Both the position numbers and the translations under genes were made by a program. DNA of 64,000 nucleotides from Octopus bimaculoides (taxonomy: Eukaryota). Of this stretch, positions 1 to 11,703 are shown in pieces. Positions within the stretch are counted from its first letter, which is position 1. Each line of letters starts with the position of its first letter. The notes below the pieces were generated by a model. It was not told where the DNA came from and did not search any database. It worked only from the letters and a program-made list of their open reading frames with translations. The stretch lies in NCBI RefSeq assembly GCF_001194135.2, contig NC_068991.1, forward strand, positions 49,074,052-49,138,051, in the 5' to 3' direction.

Positions 1-109
1 AGTACTATTTTTTCCACCTTGATTTGCACTTATGTGCTCGCCTGTGAGTATATACAAACATACATGCATACATACATACATACATACATACATACATACA
101 TACATACAC

Positions 110-140
<31 letters not shown>

Positions 141-2716
141 NNNNNNNNNNNNNNNNNNNNNNNNNNNNNNNNNNNNNNNNNNNNNNNNNNNNNNNNNNNN
201 NNNNNNNNNNNNNNNNNNNNNNNNNNNNNNNNNNNNNNNNNNNNNNNNNNNNNNNNNNNNNNNNNNNNNNNNNNNNNNNNNNNNNNNNNNNNNNNNNNNN
301 NNNNNNNNNNNNNNNNNNNNNNNNNNNNNNNNNNNNNNNNNNTATATGTGGGTGTGTCTTTGTGTCTGTGTTTGTCCCCCACTGCCGCTGGTGAGTTTAC
401 GTCCTCGTAACTTAGTGGTTCGGCAAAAAAAAAACCGTTGAAATAAGTACCAGACTTTAAAAGAAAATAATTACTGAGGTCGATATTTTCAACTAAAAAT
501 TCTTGAAGGTAGTATCCCAGGCTGACCGCAGTCTAATGACTGAAGCTCGTAAAAGATTAAAAAAATATCAAGAGAGTGAAAGAAAATAGGGAGAGGGCTT
601 TCGTTAGCTAGAAACAAGGAGCCAGCTAGCTAGTTTCGATTTAGTTAATGACTCATCGGGAATAGCTTACATCACTTTTGAAACTTTCAGCAGGAAGTAT
701 TATAAGGTAACTTGCGAAAAACAGTAGACGAGTTTCTGACACAAATTTACATAATTGCAGAAAATTGAATAGCTGTTGTTGATAAAGAGACTAGCAGCAC
801 AACGTTGATTATGAATAAATATCTTTATTCATGAATCTGATCAATAATTGCATGCTTTGTATCGCTAGATATAAATATGTGTGTATATGTCTGTTTTTGG
901 CAAGCGTGGAGCAAGCTGTTAGACTGGATCATTATTAGTTCAAATCTTAATACTCTAGTTAGTGTTTTTCTATTCTGAGCAAAGAACAATCTTTGCTCTG
1001 TTTTTCGCTAACAGGACATTGACTTCCACTGTTAAGTTACATATTCAGCTGTTATTAATAGGAAGAACCTTCATTTAGTGATGTGGTAAGAAGCTTCCTT
1101 CCCAGGCACATGATTCCGGGTTCAATCCCACTAAATGGCACATTGGTTAAGTGTCTTCTATCATAGCGTCGGGCTGATCAAAGCCCAGACCTTTTCTTTA
1201 GACCGGACACTCAATCTGAAAGGCCCGTCTGTTCTCATTCCCATTATAACACGTTTTATCTTTTTCATTTTTGACATTGTTACTTTTCCCGGTCCAAATC
1301 AATTTTTTATGTTGCCAACTATTTCCCTTATACATATAGTATTGTTTTATATTGTAAATGCCAATTTTGTAATGTATTGTTAACAATTCAAACAGGTCTA
1401 TACCTGCCAAAACATTGTAGTTCATTTAAAATCAGCCAGCCCCTCCCGCCACGACGTCCCCGCTTTCAGTTTTTTTTATTACCATACTCACCCTTTCATT
1501 ACGCCACTACGTGAACAGCAACTTACTTTTTAACTAGATACCTCTTCTCCCATATAAATGAAAGAGATGAGTGATACGGTTGTGTGATTAAGAAGTTTTC
1601 TTTACCAGCATGTCGCTTTGAGTCCAATGCCAAGACACATCACTTTGAGGAAGTGCATTTTATCATAATTTTGCGTGGGACCCTCCCTGTTTTGAAGTAG
1701 TAAACTTAAATCTGTCGCTCAGTTTAACATGATTACCAGACTATTATTATATTTAAGATAAACAGTTGTGTGGGGGAGGGATGCACGTGTACTTGTGTAT
1801 GTGTAAGTGTTTTCATCTACAAAATTCACTCGCAAGACGTTGGTCTGCCCGGGATAATATAATATAATATATTGAGTCCAGTGTGGAGCGAGTATTCAGA
1901 TCATGTCACCGATGTAAGGATATCTTCCACCCTGATTTTTTTTCCTTTCAACTTTACTCCCAAAAGAGCCTAAACGATGATTTCTTTCTTTGACAAAGTC
2001 AGAAAAAGTATATTATTTTTACCCGAAGAGTCAAAATTCTTAATGCAGTAATCGTGTTTTTTATATCTATATCTTACGATTTTAGTTTCCATGTTTGATA
2101 AGTGCCATTGCACGAAACACTTTGCCTTTGAGTCACTCTATAACTTCTGCGTTTTTTTTTGTTGTTTTGTTTCTTTGCTGTTATATGCTATGTGTACTTC
2201 GCTTCTTTGCTTTATTGTATACTTTCATTTCTTATTATTTCGTTATATGTAAACCCCGACACTTTATGTCTGTCTTCGCCCTGGTGGCAAATACAAGAAA
2301 TTATTATTATCAATCCTTCTTGGTTGAGTGGCATGGAACGTTTTTCTGGTATTCTTTTATTCTTTTACTTGTTTCAGTCATTTGACGGTGGCCATGCTGG
2401 AGCACCATCCTTTAGTCGAAGAAATCGACCCCTGGACCTATTCCCTGTAAGCCTGGTGCTTGTTCTATCAGTCTCTTCTGCTGAACAGCTAAATTCTAGG
2501 GACGCAAACGCACCAACATCGGTTGTCAAGTAATGGTGGTCGTGGTGGGACAAACACAGACACAAACAACCATACACACACACACATACACACAAGCACG
2601 CATGCACATACATACATACATACATACATACATACATACATGCATACATACATACATACATACATGCAAACATACATACATACATACATACATACATGTG
2701 TAGATACATATATACA

Positions 2717-3010
2717 TCTTGGAGCTACAGGATACATACTAACCCGTCTGGAGCAGAGATTGACTGAACTTGGGATTTTGATGAGAGAATGCAAATCTTT
2801 AATTCATATGCTACAAATGATCACGGTATCTGGGGCAATAAAAATCTGCAAGATTTAAAAAGAAGATGGTTAAAACAAGATACTTCCCTTTACAACCTTG
2901 TTACCAAGTCGGTGATTGTCAAAATGTACTCTAAAATTATAAAGAGGAAAAGAACATACAAGACTAATCTGATGTTGTATAAATTCCAATGAAAGAGTCT
3001 TGTTTCTAGA
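2717..3010 (+). mobile_element. 3' fragment of RLE-type (R4/Dong-like) non-LTR retrotransposon
   Basis: LGATGYILTRLEQRLTELG...LQMITVSGAIKICK resembles the C-terminus after a restriction-like endonuclease; related to 33470-34215. Confidence 0.6.
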
Positions 3011-3969
3011 CTAGAGAGAGGTTCTTTCTTCCTTGGCTCAGAAATTCAAAGAACAGCACTAAGAACGATCATAAATTTATCAATCAACAGCTAAAGTTTT
3101 GTTACTTTTCATCTTTAATATTAGAAATAATATGTATATTCCATAAATAAACATTTTTTTAATAAAAATTCATCCATCATACATTTTTAGAACTTTGTTA
3201 GATGCAAGTGAGATGCTATTTGGAGATTTAAAAACTAAAATTATTGATAATTCTGCTTTTGAAGGTTATTGGAACCGACGGTGCATTGAGATTATTTTAA
3301 TCAATTATATTCCATTCCGCTAAGTTTTTAATTTAATGTTAACCATTAAGCAATAATGAAAAATCAAGTCATTCCCGTTATTGTTGTTGTTGTTGCTGCT
3401 GCTGCCGCTGTTGCTCGTGTTCTTGTTTGTGTTGCCGTTGTTGTTGCTTACAAAGAATACTGTATCCTTTTCCTCATAGTTTTGCGTCATAACTTATTAA
3501 AAAATGTTATCTTCGAGTTTTCCTCAAACATTTTACTTTACATAAGTCGGAACAGATCAGGCAGGTTAAAACAATAAACACACAAACTGGTAAATAAATA
3601 AACGCAGTGTTTAAAGACGCATGCGTAGGTGAAGTTTGCATCCCAACCACATAGTTCCGGGCTCAGTCCCACTGCATGGTACATTGGGCATGTATCTTCT
3701 ACTAAAAGCTTCGGGCCGGCCGAAGCCTTGTGAGTGGATTTGACTGACGTAAACTGAAAGAAGCCTGTCGTATGTATATATATATATATATATATACAAA
3801 TAATAAATGAGTATAGGCATATATACGTACATGTATGTACATACCTACATCTACCTGTACATATAGATGCATATCTGGGTACAGGACGTTGCAAACAAAA
3901 CGTAGACAAAATGATAAACAGAGTACAGAAAACATACAAGCCACATAGAGAACATATATATATATATAT

Positions 3970-4053
<84 letters not shown>

Positions 4054-4724
4054 CTGTGTTTGTCCCTTCGGTACGCCGCTGCTTGACAACCAGTACGAGT
4101 GAGTAATGTTAGTTGTATCAACCATACAATTTCATCCACATGTTTGAGCGCCATCGACGAAGTCTGTACTCTGTTAGAAAAGGCAACCAAAATTGTCTTG
4201 AATCACCCGGCTGAAGGAAACCAAATTGTTTGATGAAATACTAGTCAACGGATGGCGTACGGTTTCATTATTTTTACTGAAATCGGCTGCTGCAGTTTTT
4301 ACTGTTGGATTGGTGCGCTATTTCCCGCAGAAGTTTGATACGGAACCCAAACAATTGAGAGAAACCAGTTAAAATCGGTTACGGTTGACAAGAAACCGCA
4401 GATGAAATCCTTCGGTTTGTGAAAACTAATTCTGCCCTCGTTGCCCCATCTCAGGAGAAGCGTACAGGCTAAGAGGCGAAACGCATGTCACCCTGAAATA
4501 GCTGCTGTTGCTGCAGAAGAGTTTACAACACCGTGATTGCTTTAGTCAGCACCTGAAGAAATTGCAATACGTCTGTGTGGCTCCTACAACTTCTGCGAGT
4601 GCAAAGTGTTTCCGATGTCTATTTCGCCCATATACTTTTATACTTGTTTTAGTCAGTAGAGTATAGTCATGCTGGAGCACTTCCTTTAGTCGAGCAAATC
4701 ACCCTCATTATTATTACACAAACA

Positions 4725-4754
<30 letters not shown>

Positions 4755-4755
<1 letters not shown>

Positions 4756-4987
4756 ACAAAAATTTTATAATTATAAGCATAATTATAATTAGGGTTCAGC
4801 AAAATTGCTTCTCCATATACCGAAATTTAGAAATAGCAGTTTAATACTATTCCACTAGCATAATATCTGGGAGATATATTATGGTAGTGGAATAGTATTT
4901 AACTGCTATTTCTAAATTTCGGTATGTGTTGAAGCAATTTTGCTGAGCCCTAATTATAATTATACTTATAATTATAAATTTTTTGTA
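4755..4987. repeat. Long imperfect inverted repeat (about 110-bp arms, about 7-nt loop)
   Basis: Left arm tacaaaaattttataattataagc...cataatat is the near reverse complement of the right arm atatattatgg...ataaatttttgta. Confidence 0.9.
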
Positions 4988-5545
4988 TAAGTTTATCGAT
5001 AATGGTTCTTTTAACATACCGAACTACTTGGTAAAATTATTAATNNNNNNNNNNNNNNNNNNNNNNNNNNNNNNNNNNNNNNNNNNNNNNNNNNNNNNNN
5101 NNNNNNNNNNNNNNNNNNNNNNNNNNNNNNNNNNNNNNNNNNNNNNNNNNNNNNNNNNNNNNNNNNNNNNNNNNNNNNNNNNNNNNNNNNNNNNNNNNNN
5201 NNNNNNNNNNNNNNNNNNNNNNNNNNNNNNNNNNNNNNNNNNNNNNNNNNNNNNNNNNNNNNNNNNNNNNNNNNNNNNNNNNNNNNNNNNNNNNNNNNNN
5301 NNNNNNNNNNNNNNNNNNNNNNNNNNNNNNNNNNNNNNNNNNNNNNNNNNNNNNNNNNNNNNNNNNNNNNNNNNNNNNNNNNNNNNNNNNNNNNNNNNNN
5401 NNNNNNNNNNNNNNNNNNNNNNNNNNNNNNNNNNNNNNNNNNNNNNNNNNNTAGATATCAATAAAGCACTCGGTTGTAAAAGAATTGGGTTAATAATATC
5501 CAACTATTAGACATCGGTAAATGTAAGTGGAAAACAAATTCAAAG

Positions 5546-5584
<39 letters not shown>

Positions 5585-5874
5585 GACAAGTTTCTTTCAG
5601 TTACCATCTACCAAATCCACTCACAAGGCTTTGGACGGCACAGAGCTGTAATGAAACAGAATTACCCAACGTGCCGCACAGTAGGGCTGAACCCAAGGCG
5701 ACATAGTTGGAAGGCAAGCTTCTCAACCACACAGCCATGCCTATAAAGGAGAGATACATTTTGGATAATATACTCCTTGATACAATATGCTTAACAAAAG
5801 GTGGGATGGTTACAGCGAGAAGACCTTTGATTTTAATATTTACTCGCGCAACGCAACAACTAACAACGCTATAC

Positions 5875-6160
5875 CATACGGGGTGTTCCAAATCAACTAT
5901 CTGCAAATTTAAAAAAAAATTAACAAAATTTTATATTTATTACTTAATTATGATACCAAAACAAATAGATTTATATATCTTACGCCAAACTTTTATTGAA
6001 AAGTCTCAACATGTCTGTATCTCTGCACATTTCAAATCTTTACTTAGCGTTGCGAAACACATTTTGAAGCATTTCAGGAGTTAGCTCCTGCGCTGCTAAC
6101 TGAATGTGTTCTTTAAGCTCAGCTAAACGATTGCTCTATCTTGGGGATGGAAGTAAAGAA
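5875..6160 (-). mobile_element. Decayed Tc1/mariner remnant
   Basis: TACGGGGTGTTCCAAAT TIR-like end; minus strand reads as a degenerate transposase C-terminus. Confidence 0.45.
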
Positions 6161-6401
6161 AATGATTGCTGCTAAATTGAAAAAAAAGCTGTAGTGGACA
6201 AATACGAGGGCTCCAACAGGAATGAAAATAAATTACAAAAAAAATTATAAAAATTATAAAATTATAAACAAAATTCAAAATTTATACACTTTTAACACAT
6301 ATTAAACATAATACAGTTCTATATTTAAGAGATGAGGAATTATTTACATTATTTACATTAACTACATTTGACGGATATTCGTCCTCATCTTGTTTGTTGT
6401 T

Positions 6402-6447
6402 AACACAACGTTTCGGCTGATATACCCTCCAGCCTTCGTCAGGTGTC
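6402..6447 (-). ncRNA. Minimal type I hammerhead ribozyme motif (inverted copy)
   Basis: Exact reverse complement of 6865-6910. Confidence 0.75.
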
Positions 6448-6760
6448 TTGGGGAAATTTCGAACCTGGGTTCTCATTCCTATCGATGTTACTATTATTAT
6501 TATTATTATTATATTATTATTATTATTATTATTAATCAGGTCGCTGCCGTGAATCGAACTCTACGCCATATGCCCGTGGGCAATTATGGGGTGAATTTTA
6601 AGGCTTATAAATCTATTATTTTTCTATCCTTCCTCAATACCGGTTCCCATATGCTATTTTTATCTGCACTCGGTCTGCTTAGGAGGTTGTTGTGTCCTAG
6701 CATATGTGCTGCTTCTTTTAGTTTTCGTATTTTCCAGTGTTGATTCACGGCAGCGACCTG

Positions 6761-6800
<40 letters not shown>

Positions 6801-6864
6801 TAATAATAATAATAATAATAGTAACATCGATAGGAATGAGAACCCAGGTTCGAAATTTCCCCAA

Positions 6865-6910
6865 GACACCTGACGAAGGCTGGAGGGTATATCAGCCGAA
6901 ACGTTGTGTT
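6865..6910 (+). ncRNA. Minimal type I hammerhead ribozyme motif
   Basis: GACAC-CTGACGA-A-GGCTG(gagggtatat)CAGCC-GAAAC-GT-T-GTGTT: core, stem I, stem II and palindromic stem III (ACGT). Confidence 0.75.
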
Positions 6911-7385
6911 AACAACAAACAAGATGAGGACGAATATCCGTCAAATGTTGATAATGTAAACATATTAAACATGATAAACATAAATAAAAGTGAGTTCTAA
7001 AGGAATTCGTCCGATTTCACTCAAATCATAATTAATTTTGGGACAACTTGTATTTACTCATCCGACTAAACGTTACACTATATTTTACGTCGTCTTACTT
7101 TGGGTTGCAAGAGTTCTCTCCCTGGAATTATTACTACACCAACGTTAAACTCACTATCATTTCAACTACCTTATTCAAAAGTAGCTAGCAAGTACAATTT
7201 TATTGATTCACGGGTTACAGTGTATTTCACATTGTGTCACAGGATTTGTTACATGTTGTGCTACAGTATGTAATCTGATAACCTGATACATCGTTACAAT
7301 CTCCCTACAAAACACGCTCGAATCATGATTCCAGCAGACGACCTTTGATCAATGATATTCTGGCCAGAACTATCACGTCTCTTTG

Positions 7386-7416
<31 letters not shown>

Positions 7417-7731
7417 NNNNNNNNNNTGTATAAATACACACACATATATACACACACATACATGCATAGATAGATGGATAATAGATAGATAGATAGATAG
7501 ATGCATACATACATACATACATAGACAGACAGACAGACAGACAAACCCACACATGTACATACACGCACACACGCACACAATATATGTATATATACACACA
7601 CGCATTTGCATATGTGTACATATACACAACGTGTGTGTGTGTGTGTGTGTTGATGTGTGTGTGTGTGTATGTGTGTGTGTTTGTGTGTGTGTATGTACGT
7701 GTGTGCGTGTGTGTGTGTGTATGTATGTGCG

Positions 7732-7776
<45 letters not shown>

Positions 7777-8279
7777 CCCCATAACCGCTTTGCTACCAGG
7801 TGTTGTTGTGTTTACGTCCCCGTAATCCAGCGGTTCGGTAAAAGAACGATAGAATGAGTATTAGGCTTTAAAAAAAAGTTCTGGGTTTGATTTGTTCGAC
7901 TAAAACCTTTTAAGGTAAGGTGGTGCTCCAGCATGGCCACATCCAAATGACTGAAACAAGTAAAAAAAAAAAGAATATATTTATATATATACACGCACAT
8001 ATAAATACATACACATACATATGCGTATATGAGCACGTATGTATGTATGTATGTGTTTTAGTCAGGAAGGTATGTTTATAACCCTTTAGAGAGCCTCCTG
8101 ATGAAAGGGAGGGTGGAATAAATACCGCTAAACCTTTAGTCCAACACTTTAATGATTCTGCCAGTTCAATGCCTGAGTAACTAATTTAGGTATATCAGAA
8201 GTACAATGTGAATGGGGTTTTTGGCTGCTGTTTTTAGCAGATCGAGAAACCTGTTAGATGCGTCAAAAGTTTACGATGA

Positions 8280-8332
8280 AGTTTAACGCATGCGTACTTA
8301 CGTAAACATAAACTTCCTTCGTAAACATGGCT
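8280..8332 (+). promoter_or_regulatory. Putative YIPF6 core promoter / 5' end
   Basis: Palindrome ACGCATGCGT (8286-8295, NRF1-like), ACTTCC (8312-8317, ETS-like) and AAACATGGCT (8323-8332, YY1-like, overlapping the ATG); locally raised CpG. Motif-level inference only. Confidence 0.45.
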
Positions 8333-8356
8333 GACGTGGATTTTCACGGAGACCAA
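8327..8356 (+). CDS. YIPF6: YIPF6 exon 1 (coding part, MADVDFHGDQ)
   Basis: aaacATGG start context, 30 nt, GTAAGT donor at 8357, phase 0 matches exon 2, promoter-like motifs just upstream. The peptide is too short to confirm by homology. Confidence 0.7.
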
Positions 8357-11160
8357 GTAAGTTAATTAGCCACACTAAAATGGACTAATTTAGCAAAAAA
8401 AAGTTTCTCCTTCCTGTTCAGACTGTCGTTTAGTTATGTTCTTTTTATGAGTTAACTAATGGCTGTTGGTTGACTGCTATAGTCGTAAACTTTTAACTAA
8501 CAGCTCGCTACAGGGATTTCTTATATGTAGAGAAAGACAGACAGAGAGATGTTTCGTCTTTAGTGCTACCAAAGACGAAACATCACCATATATATATATG
8601 ACTGAAATACTTAATAAAATGGACCTAATTGTTTGGGATACTGTGTATGTAACGTAAGACACCCCTAAAATTACGGTTTTTTTTTTAATCCTTGTTCATA
8701 CATTTTCTCCTATCGCTTACTCAAAGAGTGAAGGAACGACAGTGCCGATAAAATTCCCACACACTAAGACTCTAGTAGGAAGGGAGAAAGTTCACAACCC
8801 GGGGATCTGGTGCTTGCAAAAGAGTGAAATCTATTAAAGACACCCGAAGACTAGGTGATGGTGCTAAACCAGACGACGTAGTAAGTTTGCCACCCACACT
8901 CAGATCATAGAGAGTTAGTATAAATATCGCGACGTATTTTGTCCTACACTCCAATGCAGTGTTTCTCAACATTTTTTTTTTTTTTTTGTCCGATACACCG
9001 CTTCGTACACTCCAACCCGAACCTTGAGCAAAGTATATGACATCTACTATGTTATTCAATAGAAGTTTTAATCAAAACTTTACTGTAAGTTTTGTTTACT
9101 TGTTACTTACGTCCCATTCTGAAATAATCCACCTTCTACAAAAGTATTGCCACACCTCACCAGTCCAGCATGCACTCCGCTTTGAGAAATATTCCTCTAA
9201 TGCATCTGGCAATTCATCGTAAACTTTGTTTATACAACTGGTACTAGTTTCAGTTTACTTAAAATATCACCTCAGCCTGTCGCAAGCTTGATTACAAGTG
9301 CATTTAATTTTTTCTCTTTTCATTACTTATTATATGGAATTGGTAGATTGGACGAAATGCCTTATAGTTGTTCGTGCACTTTACGTCCAAGTTGAAATTT
9401 CTCTTGGACCAATTTAGACTTTTATCTCTCTGGAATTGATAAAATAAATGCCCGTTAAGTGCTAGATTTATTTAACCCGCCCAACAAAATTTCAACAAAA
9501 TATCTATATAAGAAACATATTAGCTGGCAGAACCGTTAGTATGCCTGGCAAAGTGCTTCGTGGCATTTCGTCTTACATTCTGAGGTCAAATTCTGCTGAG
9601 TTTGGCTTTACCTTTCATCCTTTTTATAAGTACCAGTTGAGTACTGGAGTTGATGTAATTAACTAGTCCCTTCCTACGAAATTGATGGCCTTGTGGCAAA
9701 ATTTGAAACCATTATTATTATTATTAAGGCGGTGTGCTGGCAAAATTGTTAACATGCCAGACAAAATGTTTAGTAGCATTTCATTTGTATTTATATTTTG
9801 AGTTCAAATTCTGCCAAGGCTGGCTTTGCCTTTCATTCATTCAGGGTCAATAAAATAAGTACTAGTTGAGCACTGGGATTAATGTAATTGATTACACCCT
9901 CTCCCTAAATTTCANNNNNNNNNNTTCATCCTTTTGGGGGTCGATCGCAAGGGGTTGATATAATCAACTTACTTTCCCTCCACTAAATTTGCTGTGCCAA
10001 GATTTCATTTTATGAGGTCAACTTTGCTTTTCATCCTTTTGGGGGTCGATCGCAAGGGGTTGATATAATCAACTTACTTTCCCTCCACTAAATTTGCTGT
10101 GCCAAGATTTCATTTTATGAGGTCAACTTTGCTTTTCATCCTTTTGGGGGTCGATCGCAAGGGGTTGATATAATCAACTTACTTCCCCTCCACTGAATTT
10201 GCTGTGCCAAGATTTCATTTTATGAGGTCAACTTTGCTTTTCATCCNNNNNNNNNNGTGCCAAGATTTCATTTTATGAGGTCAACTTTGCTTTTCATCCT
10301 TTTGGGGGTCGATCGCAAGGGGTTGATATAATCAACTTACTTCCCCTCCACTGAATTTGCTGTGCCAAGATTTCATTTTATGAGGTCAACTTTGCTTTTC
10401 ATCCTTTTGGGGTTCGATGAAATAAGTACCAGTTATGCACATGGGTTGATGTAATCGGTTAGTCCCCTCTCCCAAAATTTCAGGCCTTGTACCTATAGTA
10501 GAAAGGATTATTATTATTAGTTTATTTAATCCTAACTTTATTCTAACTTATTCCTTATTCTGCAAAACTGCTATTCCAGCATTTCACCAAACACATTCAC
10601 TCCAATTTTGAAGTGGTTAATTATATACAGGAAAATTTAATTACCTTTTATAGCAAATCCATGAAGTGTGTGTGGGTGCCCTTCTTGACTATTACATGGC
10701 AAGTTGCTTCATCATCATCAGTTGGCATGGAGCTATATTAGAAGACACTTACTTAAGGTGCCATGCTGCAAGACTGAACCCAAAACCATATGGTTGGGAA
10801 GCTAACTCACTAACCACACAACCACACCTCATCATAATTTAACATCCATTTCCCATGCTTTCATAAGTTAGATAGTTTGACCAGAGACGGTAAGCTGGTG
10901 AGCTGCACCAGGCTCCAGTCTGTTTTTCCCTGGTTTTCTAATGCCAACTACTCCACAGAGTGTACCGGGTGTCTTTTACATGTCACTGACAACCTGTGCC
11001 TGGTTATTTTAAATGGCTAGCATCTCATTCACAATATATTCCTAATCTCAGTAATATACCTTCATAAACAACATACATTTTGTTGTACAGCACAAGGTTT
11101 TATTGCAGTTAATTAAGAGTGTGAAAGAAATATGTGCTATCATGTTTGTGTGTGTGTGTG

Positions 11161-11192
<32 letters not shown>

Positions 11193-11669
11193 CCTATTTG
11201 GACTTTGGTTATATGTCTATTAGTATTAAAGCACATTCTCTATTTGGGCTACCTGATGTCATCCACAGTTATGATACAATTTTCAATGGATCTATGTCAG
11301 GAAATCTGAAGTGTTTGTTGAGTTTATAATTGTAAGAACGGAAGATGGATTTAGTATTAATCTTTATTCAGCATGACGATCGTTTTGACCCATCCAGCAG
11401 TTGTCCCCTAGGGGTAAGATATTGTGCATTTAGTTGTCTTGCATCAATCAGTGCAGGCTATGTTACTTCAGGTGCTTGGTGTAAAAATATCTTGTGAGGG
11501 TATCCTTTTTTTTCACACCAAGCACTTGAAGTGACACACCCTACACAGATTGATGCAACACAACTAGATGCACAATATACTACCCCTAAGGGGCAGCTGC
11601 AGGATGGGTTGAAACAATTGTTGTTCTGAATTAAGATTCATACTAAATTTGCTTTACTTTTCCATCATC

Positions 11670-11703
<34 letters not shown>

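Larger units (their letters stand above)
6365..6947. mobile_element. 5'-truncated Penelope-like element with inverted pseudo-LTR arms
   Basis: Arms 6365-6557 and 6742-6947 are reverse complements apart from (TAA)n length; the spacer encodes HWKIRKLKEAAHMLGHNNLLSRPS...WEPVLRKDR on the minus strand (PLE ORF C-terminus-like). Confidence 0.8.

Noticed and set aside
671-735. Possible minus-strand 65-nt exon (TRLLFFASYLIILPAESFKSD) with GTAAGC donor
   Set aside because: Single small candidate with no partner exon or homology; expected by chance in AT-rich DNA
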